From contig CAWIGG010000004.1 in assembly GCA_963835575.1 (NCBI GenBank), positions 64,001-128,000 on the forward strand: a stretch of 64,000 nt of DNA, written 5' to 3'. The translations under genes were made by a program, and so were the position numbers. The notes beneath the pieces are model-generated. The model was not told where the DNA came from. It made no database searches and saw only the letters and a program-made list of their open reading frames with translations. The stretch is from an uncultured Spirochaetota bacterium. GTDB lineage: Bacteria > Spirochaetota > Brevinematia > Brevinematales > JAOACQ01. This document shows positions 55,497 through 64,000 of this stretch, one piece after another (the stretch's first letter is position 1; each line of letters starts with the position of its first letter).

Positions 55497-56075
55497 TTAT
55501 TTGCTAAACCACATTGCAATTTCGTTTAACTCTTTTCTCGGCCTGGCGTCCGGCGTCTCATCCGCATAACCTAAAGCAACCGCGGCAATCAGTTCAAGTT
55601 TTGTTTTTAAAAAACGGCATATTTCCCTGTCCGTATAGTATATATCGCAGATCCATAATGTGCCCAGGCCCAGGTCTTCCGCAGCTAAAAGCATTGTCTG
55701 CACCGCGGCGCCGATTGATTGAATACCGGACAGACTACTGTAATCCGGGATGATATTAAAAAGCCTTTTAAACTTTCTGCCGGAATTAAATACCAGTATG
55801 ACCGCCGGGGCCTGTTTCATTATTTCCGCTGAGTTTTTACCGCTTCCGGTATTAAGTCCCAGTTTATTCAATATTTTCAATTTATTAAGCATACAATCTG
55901 TCACTTCTTCCTTCTTTTTCCCATCAAGGACGGCAAAGAACCATGGCTGAGTGTTTTTACTGGAAGGGGTTTTTCCCGCGGCAGTCAATATTTTTACAAT
56001 TAATTCACGGGGGACCGGTTTGTTTTTAAATTTCCTTATGCTTCGCCTTTGATTGATGGCATTGAGAGTATCCAT
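55497..56075 (-). CDS. Nitroreductase-family protein
   Basis: RRSIRKF, PS..N.QPW, A.DLGLGTLWI, LGY. Confidence 0.9.
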   Translation of the reverse strand: MDTLNAINQRRSIRKFKNKPVPRELIVKILTAAGKTPSSKNTQPWFFAVLDGKKKEEVTDCMLNKLKILNKLGLNTGSGKNSAEIMKQAPAVILVFNSGRKFKRLFNIIPDYSSLSGIQSIGAAVQTMLLAAEDLGLGTLWICDIYYTDREICRFLKTKLELIAAVALGYADETPDARPRKELNEIAMWFSK

Positions 56076-56103
56076 TAATTAACTCCTTATATGATGTTTG
56101 TTG

Positions 56104-56132
56104 AAAAAGAGGGCGGCAAATAAGAACCGCCC
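56104..56132 (-). terminator. Intrinsic terminator after the AraC gene
   Basis: GGGCGG/CCGCCC stem followed by TCTTTTT on the minus strand. Confidence 0.55.
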
Positions 56133-56154
56133 GCAAAAATCATGAAGCGCTTGT

Positions 56155-57021
56155 TTATTTAACAGGAATATAAATATCCACTTCCGGCTTCTTCAGATTT
56201 ATCCGTCTTTCCTCATACAGCTCAAAATCTTCCGTTTCAGCCCGTTCATACCCTGATTTTGCCAGCCATTCGCCATAGATATAACGCTGAATTTCTTGTA
56301 TTTTATCAGGGATTTTGCCTTTGGCCGTGAAAACGGCATAACGGGATGCCGGAATCACTTTCCCTGTCAATCCTGCCGGTATTTCATCCAGGCTGGGAAC
56401 CTCGCATGCGATCATATAGGCAAATCCTTCCCTCTTATCGTCATAATCGGCGCAGATCCCGTAACAGACGCCCGGGACTATATTTGTAATCTTTTCAAGT
56501 GTTTTTTGTTTCATCACCTTGTCCCAGAACCCGGGTATCTCAATTAAACCCTGATTGTTTTCCGATGTTGTCCTTAATTTAGGCCCCAATACTTTAAAAG
56601 CTTCTTTATAAACTATTTTCGGTTCCATGGTAATTCCTCCAAAATAAAATTTAATTCCGCCTTTCAGAAAGTTCTTCTTTTCATACAGACAGAGCTTTTC
56701 ACGATTTCTTCGGCATTTCCCGGGTGTGATGCCGAAGACTTTTTTGAACGCCCGTGAAAAAGATTCCTGCGATTCGAACCGGTAGTTCAGGGCGATATCG
56801 ATGATCTGCCTGTTTGTGCCGGTCAATTTTTCCGCGGCCGCAGAGAGGCGCCTCTTCCGGACATATCCCATCACAGAATCCCCTGTCATTGTGTGAAAGA
56901 TCCTGTGAAAATGATAGGGCGAAAGATATCCCTGCATCGCGATATCCGCCACAGTCAGATCCTCAGTCAGGTTTGATTCGATATAATCGATCGCTTTCTG
57001 AACACGGTCGAGGTAATACAT
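56155..57021 (-). CDS. AraC-family regulator with GyrI-like effector domain
   Basis: S.YHFHR.F, YVRKRRL, FESQESFSRAFKK.FG.TP; C-terminal YAVF..W...SGY..FE.Y...IYIP; ATG 57021 with GGAGG. Confidence 0.92.
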   Translation of the reverse strand: MYYLDRVQKAIDYIESNLTEDLTVADIAMQGYLSPYHFHRIFHTMTGDSVMGYVRKRRLSAAAEKLTGTNRQIIDIALNYRFESQESFSRAFKKVFGITPGKCRRNREKLCLYEKKNFLKGGIKFYFGGITMEPKIVYKEAFKVLGPKLRTTSENNQGLIEIPGFWDKVMKQKTLEKITNIVPGVCYGICADYDDKREGFAYMIACEVPSLDEIPAGLTGKVIPASRYAVFTAKGKIPDKIQEIQRYIYGEWLAKSGYERAETEDFELYEERRINLKKPEVDIYIPVK

Positions 57022-57205
57022 GTTTGATCCTCCGGAAAGCTTATGCATTAATTATATCATATATTCCGGTGTTTTTTTTGACCCGTTTTGCTATAATGTA
57101 TTTTCAATTCCGATCAATAAACTGTATATACAGGTTAAAAATGATTTTAATTGATATATCTTTTTTTATGGATTATTATTAATCGGTTTTATTTAAAGGG
57201 AATTT

Positions 57206-58978
57206 ATGCTTATTACTTTAATTTTATGGATTTATATCTCTTTTTTATCAATTGTCTGGGGCCTCATTTTTATTGATATTATTAAAAGGCTTTTCAATTT
57301 AAAGGAAGAAAGCGCGGTGTCCCTTCCTGTTTTATGTTTTATCGGCCTTGGTATGATGAGCCTGATAGCCTTGTTTTTATCCATTTTTATTTCCATCGGG
57401 CTTGCCGCGCATTGCGCCGTAGTATTGCCGGCCGTTATCACTATTTTTATCCGCCGCCGTTTTGTCCTGGATGAGATAAAAAAGCAATTCTTAATTTTTA
57501 AAAATTACAATGCCCTGACAATCATAATGATCGCTTTTTTCGCGCTGATCCTGCTTCTTGAAACTTCGTTGTTCTATCCGGGGAGTTTTGACACGGCCCT
57601 TTATCATGCGCAGGCCATCCGCTGGATAGAGCATTATCCCGCCGTTCCCGGCCTGGGGAATTTTAATATGCAGATGGGATACAACAGCGCCTGGTTTATT
57701 TCCCAGGCGCTCTTCAGCTTTTCATTTATCCCTGGAATGTCGTTTCATATCTTAAACGGCCTATGCTTTTTCTGGACCGTCGTTTTTTTTCTGGACGGCA
57801 TGGACCTGTTCTTCAAAGGAAAAATTTCTTTTTCAGGGATTCTAAAGGCCTTATTGCTGCCGGTTTCCTTTTATCTTTACGCTTCGCTGTCCTCTTCGCC
57901 TTCAACGGATATGCCCGCGGCGCTTTTAACCTGGATTTTGTTTCTCCTGTTTTTAGATAACGCTTCAAATGAAAAGGTTTTCGGGAGCGGTATGACAGGC
58001 TTTGCCGCAGTCTTTTTGACGGCATACCTCATTATCATAAAGCTTTCCGGGCTTCCGCTGGTCCTGTTATTTTTTTATGTTCTCATCCGCCAATATAAAG
58101 CCGGGAATAAAAAAGCTGCTTTTTTTTCAGCGGGCGTTTTTTTATTATTCCTTCTGCCGTGGCTGGCCCGGAATGTCATCCAGACGGGATATCTCATCTA
58201 TCCGTTTGAAAAGATCGATCTTTTTTCCTTTGACTGGAAAGTCCCGCCGGCGGCGGTGCAGTACGATGCCCAATGGATCGGCTTCTGGGCGTTCAAAAAG
58301 CCGGCAGGTATGGGGCTAATAAAATATATTACCGATTGGTTCGGGAGGCTGCCCCTGGAAAATAAAATACTGTTTTATCCTCTAATGATACTGGGGGGAT
58401 TGAGCTTAATTATTACGATCTGCCAGCTGTTTAGAAAGCGGCTTATGCCCGGCCGGATGAATTGGAATAGCGCTGCTCTCATTGTCCTGGCAGTGGACAT
58501 GACAAGCGTCATTTTCCTGTTTTTGACAGCGCCGGCCTTCCGGTTCGGCGCCGGCGTTCTTGTTTTTATCTGCATTTTTTTCATTGCCGGGGCACTCCGT
58601 CATGCCGGGATGCGATTTGGCAGGTATATCGCCCCGGCTGTGAAATCCGCGGCAGTTGTTTTAATTCCCCTTCTGCTCCTCATAGAGGTATTCTCGGTAT
58701 TGAGGTATTTCCCGCGGACAGACGCCGCTTATTTTTATATTGAGGATAAACCCGCAAATCTGTTGAACAGGTTTATTCTGCCGGCGCCGTATCCAGAGAA
58801 CGATAAAAATAAAATGGTCTCTTTTAAATTTCCATCGAATATGACGCTTTATGTTCCGAAAATAGGGGATGGCGCTTACAGCTGGTACGATCCCTTCCCT
58901 TCCAGCGCCTACTATTATCAGGATATTCAATTGAGGGGAGCGTCGCTCCGGGAAGGTTTCCGGCGCCCATTAAGGTAA
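57206..58978 (+). CDS. Polytopic membrane protein, possible GT-C fold
   Basis: DT.LYH.QAI.W.....VPGL.N...GYNS, SPSTD, N...TGY..YP, AP..RF pattern. Confidence 0.6.
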   Translation: MLITLILWIYISFLSIVWGLIFIDIIKRLFNLKEESAVSLPVLCFIGLGMMSLIALFLSIFISIGLAAHCAVVLPAVITIFIRRRFVLDEIKKQFLIFKNYNALTIIMIAFFALILLLETSLFYPGSFDTALYHAQAIRWIEHYPAVPGLGNFNMQMGYNSAWFISQALFSFSFIPGMSFHILNGLCFFWTVVFFLDGMDLFFKGKISFSGILKALLLPVSFYLYASLSSSPSTDMPAALLTWILFLLFLDNASNEKVFGSGMTGFAAVFLTAYLIIIKLSGLPLVLLFFYVLIRQYKAGNKKAAFFSAGVFLLFLLPWLARNVIQTGYLIYPFEKIDLFSFDWKVPPAAVQYDAQWIGFWAFKKPAGMGLIKYITDWFGRLPLENKILFYPLMILGGLSLIITICQLFRKRLMPGRMNWNSAALIVLAVDMTSVIFLFLTAPAFRFGAGVLVFICIFFIAGALRHAGMRFGRYIAPAVKSAAVVLIPLLLLIEVFSVLRYFPRTDAAYFYIEDKPANLLNRFILPAPYPENDKNKMVSFKFPSNMTLYVPKIGDGAYSWYDPFPSSAYYYQDIQLRGASLREGFRRPLR

Positions 58979-58985
58979 GATTAAA

Positions 58986-59264
58986 TTATTTCCAGATAAA
59001 CCTTATTTCCACCCGCCTGTTTTTGGCCCGGTTTTCATCGGATGTGTTGGGGACAAGCGGTTTTTCCTTGCCCCAGCCTTTGTATGAAATCTGGGAACTC
59101 GACATGCCGTAGGCGATAAAAAGATCGGCGGTGATGAAGATACTGAACCGGAATTATTATTGAGCAGCTTGTTATTCACCTCTTCAATTGAAGTGCAGGA
59201 AAATAGGAAGTCAACCCCCTATAAAAAATATTAAGAATTTGATATTAACGATTCTGATTCTCAT
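58986..59264 (-). pseudogene. Collapsed remnant of a lipoprotein/OmpA-domain gene
   Basis: Fragment 'ISYKGWGKEKPLVPNTSDENRAKNRRVEIRFIWK*' plus an upstream frameshifted signal peptide with FLFSC lipobox. Confidence 0.7.
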
Positions 59265-59287
59265 CTCATTCTTCCAGCATCTCTTAG

Positions 59288-60526
59288 TTAATTTGTGTAA
59301 TGGTGAAGATTTCCCTGGGGTGCACTGTAGCCGCTTCTCATGGTTGAGTTCGTAGCTACGACCATATACCAGAGTTGGCCATTCATGAGAAAAACATTGC
59401 CATCATAATCAGGATAATTTGTTATAGATACGTTTGCTATTTTAGTATAATCTGCCGGCCCGGTTGGCATTATCGAAGCGGAATTTGTATATCGGTATAC
59501 TTCATAGCCGTCAGCCCCGAGCACTACTGACCAGTTCAACTGAGGATTGCCGAGCCAGAAGGATATATCTCCCAGGTCCAGAACCGGCGCGTCCAGGCTT
59601 TTGCCCAGATTGCCAACAACATTGTCGAAGGTTTTAGTGTTATAGCGGTAGAGATCGTAATTGCCTTTACCGTAGCGGTCGGAAGCGAAATAGATCTTAT
59701 AGCCGTCCGCTGTATCGACAAAAGGCTGGATGTCATGATAACCGGATGAATAGCCGGAAAAATCCAGATACTTGATATTCTGGTTTTGATCGATAGCGAA
59801 TCCGGCCAGCAGAAGGCTTCCGCTGCCTGAAATATAGCATTGTATTGGACCGACGGGAATCTGATAACCGTTGGCCGATTGAACCGGCGAAGCTATAGTT
59901 ATGTTGGAAGTCAAACTCCAGGTAACAAAACCTGTTCCGTAATCAAAATATTCTTTTACAACGACAGTCCCATCGCTTATTAGCAACATGTTGCTGAATA
60001 AATTCCCGGTGTCTAAAAGACCGATTTGGATTGCGCTCAAGTTGCTGAAAGCCTGTTGGAACCCAGCCGTCTGCAGTGAGGAATTCAGCTTATAAGTGAT
60101 AATATTTGTGGAATTGCCCAGAGTTCTTATGAAAGAAATATAAGTATTGGTAGAGCCTCCGTAATACCATTTGTATACAACGGGTGAAATCTCATTACTG
60201 ATTGTATTAATATTCGTGTCCATCATCACAGGCTTGCTGAATTTCCCGGCGCTGTCCATTTCGGCAAAATAGATATCATACCCGCTGCTGCCGCCCGGCC
60301 TGTCCGAAGCAAAAAAGAGCCATGCCTTCCCGCCCTCATGGTAAACAAACGGCGTTATTTCGTTATAACTATCGGAGCTGAGATAACCGCTCCCGTCGGC
60401 GAGGGCCAGAAAATCGGCTCCGCTGTCCACGTTATTATTTTGATTATTAAAATAGCCCGAGCAGGCGGCAAGGACCGCGATAAATAGCGCCGCCGCGAAT
60501 AGGGTTAAGATGATGGTCTTCCGCAT
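59288..60526 (-). CDS. Lipoprotein with PD40-like repeats and FN3-like C-terminus
   Basis: LAAC lipobox; two 'P.....G..L.FASDR..G.YD.Y' repeats; 'L.W..V.GA.GY.VYR...Y.VVA.N'. Confidence 0.75.
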   Translation of the reverse strand: MRKTIILTLFAAALFIAVLAACSGYFNNQNNNVDSGADFLALADGSGYLSSDSYNEITPFVYHEGGKAWLFFASDRPGGSSGYDIYFAEMDSAGKFSKPVMMDTNINTISNEISPVVYKWYYGGSTNTYISFIRTLGNSTNIITYKLNSSLQTAGFQQAFSNLSAIQIGLLDTGNLFSNMLLISDGTVVVKEYFDYGTGFVTWSLTSNITIASPVQSANGYQIPVGPIQCYISGSGSLLLAGFAIDQNQNIKYLDFSGYSSGYHDIQPFVDTADGYKIYFASDRYGKGNYDLYRYNTKTFDNVVGNLGKSLDAPVLDLGDISFWLGNPQLNWSVVLGADGYEVYRYTNSASIMPTGPADYTKIANVSITNYPDYDGNVFLMNGQLWYMVVATNSTMRSGYSAPQGNLHHYTN

Positions 60527-60835
60527 ATTGTCCTCCTGAAATGGTCCTTTTAATTATTCATTAAGAGACACGCTCAATATTTTAAGAACATTTTTAAGGA
60601 GAAGCGCGAGATTATTCTTTTATAAGATTATATTCCCTGAAATTACAAAAGTCAAATCAGGTTTATTGCCGGACAGGGAGTTTATGCGGTCTTTTATCCG
60701 GAAAAAGGCATATATTAAAATATAACACAAAAAAATGTAAAACAAGCTGTCCGCTAACCATAATTTAAAATATTCCGAAAATTTATATAGTGAATGACAA
60801 TGAAGAATAGTGTTTTAATATAATGGAGGGCAGAA

Positions 60836-62584
60836 ATGGGAAAAGTCATCGGTATTGACCTGGGAACGACATTTTCAGCCGTCGCGTGCTTAACGGAAAA
60901 AGGAAAACCTCAAATTATAACCGACCGGCATGGGAATAAAACCATGCCTTCCATAATAGCCTTCGGCGAGAACGGCATTTTGACCGGACAGGCGGCTTCG
61001 AATAAAGAGCTGACAGCTCCGGAATCGGTCGTGAAAAGAATAAAAAGAAAAATGGGCACGGACTATAAATTCTCTTATCAGGGCAGGGAATATTCCCCCG
61101 AGGAGCTTTCATCCTATATTATCAAGGAGCTGAAACAGCAGGCGGAAGAATACCTGCATACAAAGGTCAATGACGCCATCATTACCGTACCGGCCTATTT
61201 TAACGACAATCAGCGCCAGGCGACAAAAACGGCCGGCAAACTGGCGGGCCTGAACGTCCTCAGGATCATTAACGAGCCCACGGCGGCCTCTCTTTCTTAC
61301 GGCATAGAGCCGGGCGATGATGTGAATATCATTGTTTATGATCTGGGCGGCGGCACTTTTGACGTGTCCGTTCTGAATGTCGCCGAAGGCGTTTTTGAGG
61401 TGATCGCGACGGCCGGCGATAATAACCTCGGCGGGGAGGATTTTAATAAACGAATCATGGATGTACTCCTGAGTAATTTTAAAAAGGAAAACGGCATCGA
61501 CCTTTCCGAAGACCCGCTGGCGATGGCTAAAATATACGGCGCCGTCGAGAAGGCGAAAATTGAGCTTTCCACTCAGGAAAAGGCGAGGATTTTTCTTCCC
61601 TTTGTGACGGCCGATGAAAAAGGCCCGAAAAATATCGATTTTGAGCTGAACAGGTCAGAGTTTGAGGAATTGATCAATGATTATGCCGGAAGGACAATAG
61701 AGCTCTGTTCCCAGGCCGTTTCTGACGCGGGCTTGAAAATAAAAAATATCGACAAAGTAATCATGGTAGGCGGTTCTTCAAGGATCCCGCTCTTTCATAA
61801 GAAGCTCGAGGGGCTTTTCGGCCAAAAAGCCGAAGGGGTCCTGAATCCCGAGGAAGTCGTCGCGTGCGGCGCAGCCATCCAGGGCGGGATCGTGGGAGGC
61901 GATGTCAGCGGGGTTGTGCTCGTGGATGTCACTCCGCTCTCCATGGGCATTGAAGTGGAGAACGGTTATTTTGTTCCCATCATCGAAAGGAACACGCCCA
62001 TACCCACATCGGCGAGAAGGGTTTTCACAACCATATCGGATAACCAGAAAAACGTCGATATTCATGTTATGCAGGGCGAAAGCATGTACAGCCGGAATAA
62101 TATATCGCTCGGGAAATTCCGCCTGGAAGGGATCAGGAACGCTTTGAAAGGCGAGCCGAGGATTGAGGTCAATTTCGAGCTGGACGTGAACGGGATACTT
62201 CTGGTGAACGCGATGGACCTCGATACGAAAAACACCCAGCAGGTCACGATTGTCAATGAAAACCGTATGTCGGACAGGGAACTGGAGCGCATACAGAAGG
62301 AATACATAGAAAAATTTGATCAGGAAATAAAAAAGCGCGATGTGCTGGATACGATCCTGAAACTGAAAACAAAGGCGGAATCCATGATCACAAAATTGGA
62401 CCATGTCCTGCCGCCGGTTTATAAAAAAGCCCTGCTTAAAAATGAGATTGACGAGATCCAGAGGACCATCAGCCAGTCGGTGAAAGAGCTTGACCCGAAT
62501 AAAATAGAAAGGTCCATTGAAAGGCTTGATTTTCTTATGAATGAGAGCCTGGCGGGAAGCTACCATGGAGATATGACGGCATGA
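60836..62584 (+). CDS. Hsp70/DnaK-family chaperone (short paralog)
   Basis: GIDLGTT, TVPAYFND.QR, INEPTAA, DLGGGTFD, VGGSSRIP, DVTPLS; divergent shortened lid. Confidence 0.92.
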   Translation: MGKVIGIDLGTTFSAVACLTEKGKPQIITDRHGNKTMPSIIAFGENGILTGQAASNKELTAPESVVKRIKRKMGTDYKFSYQGREYSPEELSSYIIKELKQQAEEYLHTKVNDAIITVPAYFNDNQRQATKTAGKLAGLNVLRIINEPTAASLSYGIEPGDDVNIIVYDLGGGTFDVSVLNVAEGVFEVIATAGDNNLGGEDFNKRIMDVLLSNFKKENGIDLSEDPLAMAKIYGAVEKAKIELSTQEKARIFLPFVTADEKGPKNIDFELNRSEFEELINDYAGRTIELCSQAVSDAGLKIKNIDKVIMVGGSSRIPLFHKKLEGLFGQKAEGVLNPEEVVACGAAIQGGIVGGDVSGVVLVDVTPLSMGIEVENGYFVPIIERNTPIPTSARRVFTTISDNQKNVDIHVMQGESMYSRNNISLGKFRLEGIRNALKGEPRIEVNFELDVNGILLVNAMDLDTKNTQQVTIVNENRMSDRELERIQKEYIEKFDQEIKKRDVLDTILKLKTKAESMITKLDHVLPPVYKKALLKNEIDEIQRTISQSVKELDPNKIERSIERLDFLMNESLAGSYHGDMTA

Positions 62585-63213
62585 AAACTTTTTATGACAT
62601 TCTCGACGTTCCGCGGGATGCGGACGGCAGGGCGATCAAAACGTCCTACAGGAAGCTGGTCAAAAAATTCCACCCCGATGTGAATAAAGGCGTTCCGGCG
62701 AAGACCTCAAAAAATTTTGAGGAGATAACCGGGGCCTACAATGCGCTCATCCATCCTGAAAAAAGAAAAGCGTATGATCAGAAGCTCGCCAATAAATCCG
62801 GCGGCCTCTCCATGCTGTTGTTCCCATTCAGGGAATTAAGGAACTGGATTTCATCCTCTTCCATTCTCCGTTTATTATTCTCAAACAAAAAAGTCTCTAA
62901 AGATATCCGGCCGGTCGATCCTTCCATAATAGAGCTTTCCGTCGATGAGCTTTTACAGAGGATCATCTATTCGAAAAATGTGCATGTCCAGATCCACGCT
63001 GTCCGGGCGCTGATCGCGAAAGGCAGGCATTATGCCGTGCATGATCTCCTCAGGATACTCTATTCCAGCATCCATGAGGATGTTAAAATTGAGATCGTCG
63101 AAGGATTGAAAAAATATCATGAATCCAGGATCAAGAAAGTGCTCCGCGAGATTTATGGTATTGAGAAGAGCTATAAGGTCAGGGAAGTCATAAGAAACTT
63201 TATAAAAGTTTAA
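62581..63213 (+). CDS. J-domain protein with HEAT-like C-terminus
   Basis: FYDILDV...IK.SYRKL...FHPD; ATGA overlap with Hsp70; helical repeats. Confidence 0.85.
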   Translation: MKTFYDILDVPRDADGRAIKTSYRKLVKKFHPDVNKGVPAKTSKNFEEITGAYNALIHPEKRKAYDQKLANKSGGLSMLLFPFRELRNWISSSSILRLLFSNKKVSKDIRPVDPSIIELSVDELLQRIIYSKNVHVQIHAVRALIAKGRHYAVHDLLRILYSSIHEDVKIEIVEGLKKYHESRIKKVLREIYGIEKSYKVREVIRNFIKV

Positions 63214-63421
63214 CAAAAATATTTTCTCTTCTTTTTGACCGGCAATAATTGCCGGGGATTCTTCTTAACTTTTATTTTCTTTGGAAATGCAAATGGAGTT
63301 TTTGTCACGACTGGCAGCCGGGGCATCGCTTTCCTGGTATTTTGTTTAGACAAAAGGGAATGAGGTTGCCTAGCTTGTCGAGGCATTTTTTTAAAAAAAA
63401 GAAAGAAAGGACACTGAACCC

Positions 63422-63997
63422 CTACCTGTGTTTCGTCACCCCTATCTTCGGACAGTAAGTTTCGACTGGGCATGTGGAGCAGAGCGGCGAGATGGGCCTG
63501 CAGATCGTCTGGCCGAAGGCGACAAGGATGTCGTTATACTCGATCCACCATTCCGCGGGAAGCTTTTCACGCAGCCTGAATTCAGTCTCGTCCGGCATTT
63601 TAGTTCTGACATAACCCCAGCGGTTGGATATCCGGTGCACATGCGTGTCCACACAGATGCCCGGCTTATTATAGCCGAGCGTAATGACAAGGTTCGCCGT
63701 TTTCCTGCCGACGCCCGGCAGCTTGAGAAGCTCGTCCAGGTCGTCCGGTACTTTTGAATGGTATTCCCCGATAAGTATCCTCGATATCTGAATGATCCTC
63801 GCCGCTTTCACTTTATAAAAACCGACGGGATAAATGAGCTTCCTTATTTTTTCCTCCGGAATCAGGACCATTTCCTCCGGCGTTTTTGCCGCATCGAAGA
63901 GCTTTTTGACCGCTCCGGCCGTTGTCTCATCCTTTGTCCGGAGGCTTAATAGAGTTGAGATCAGGATTTTATACGGCGTTCCCCGGGAATTTTTCAC
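63422..63997 (-). CDS. nth: Endonuclease III (5' end probably beyond window)
   Basis: [11 protein letters not shown]hH, VDTHV.R, C..CP....C Fe-S motif. Confidence 0.93.
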   Translation of the reverse strand: MKNSRGTPYKILISTLLSLRTKDETTAGAVKKLFDAAKTPEEMVLIPEEKIRKLIYPVGFYKVKAARIIQISRILIGEYHSKVPDDLDELLKLPGVGRKTANLVITLGYNKPGICVDTHVHRISNRWGYVRTKMPDETEFRLREKLPAEWWIEYNDILVAFGQTICRPISPLCSTCPVETYCPKIGVTKHR

Positions 63998-64000
63998 ATA

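Noticed and set aside
60527..60835. CIRCE element before Hsp70
   Set aside because: No TTAGCACTC-N9-GAGTGCTAA found.
61778..62566. 262-aa ORF antisense to Hsp70
   Set aside because: Long antisense frames are a common by-product of Hsp70 codon patterns; no independent support.

Overview
Mostly chromosomal bacterial DNA, probably from a spirochaete-like lineage (inferred from the rRNA sequences, lipoprotein signals and gene content). It holds one complete minus-strand rRNA operon (16S-tRNA-Ile-tRNA-Ala-23S-5S), housekeeping genes (queF, thiE, rtcB, murF, ribBA, lepB, ispF, plsC, xerC, tatA/C/B, nth) and many exported or membrane proteins. Three insertion sequences are present: IS256 with a 9-bp TSD, IS66 with an 8-bp TSD, and a frameshifted IS1182. 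Several families of REP-like palindromes also occur. Most notable: (1) a DUF2723/TMEM260-type GT-C glycosyltransferase apparently split into two separately expressed genes 5.6 kb apart, flanking a glycosylation-like cluster, together with a marked excess of Thr-Asn dipeptides in exported proteins, which suggests a candidate protein-glycosylation system; (2) an AT-rich SDH/Clp-fold protease plus small-ORF cassette bracketed by 19-bp perfect inverted repeats; (3) a rod-like structured RNA candidate upstream of rtcB; (4) an IS256 that separated a gene from its promoter; (5) a strong internal start site in an AraC-GyrI gene. Protein calls come from recognised motifs only; no database searches were run.
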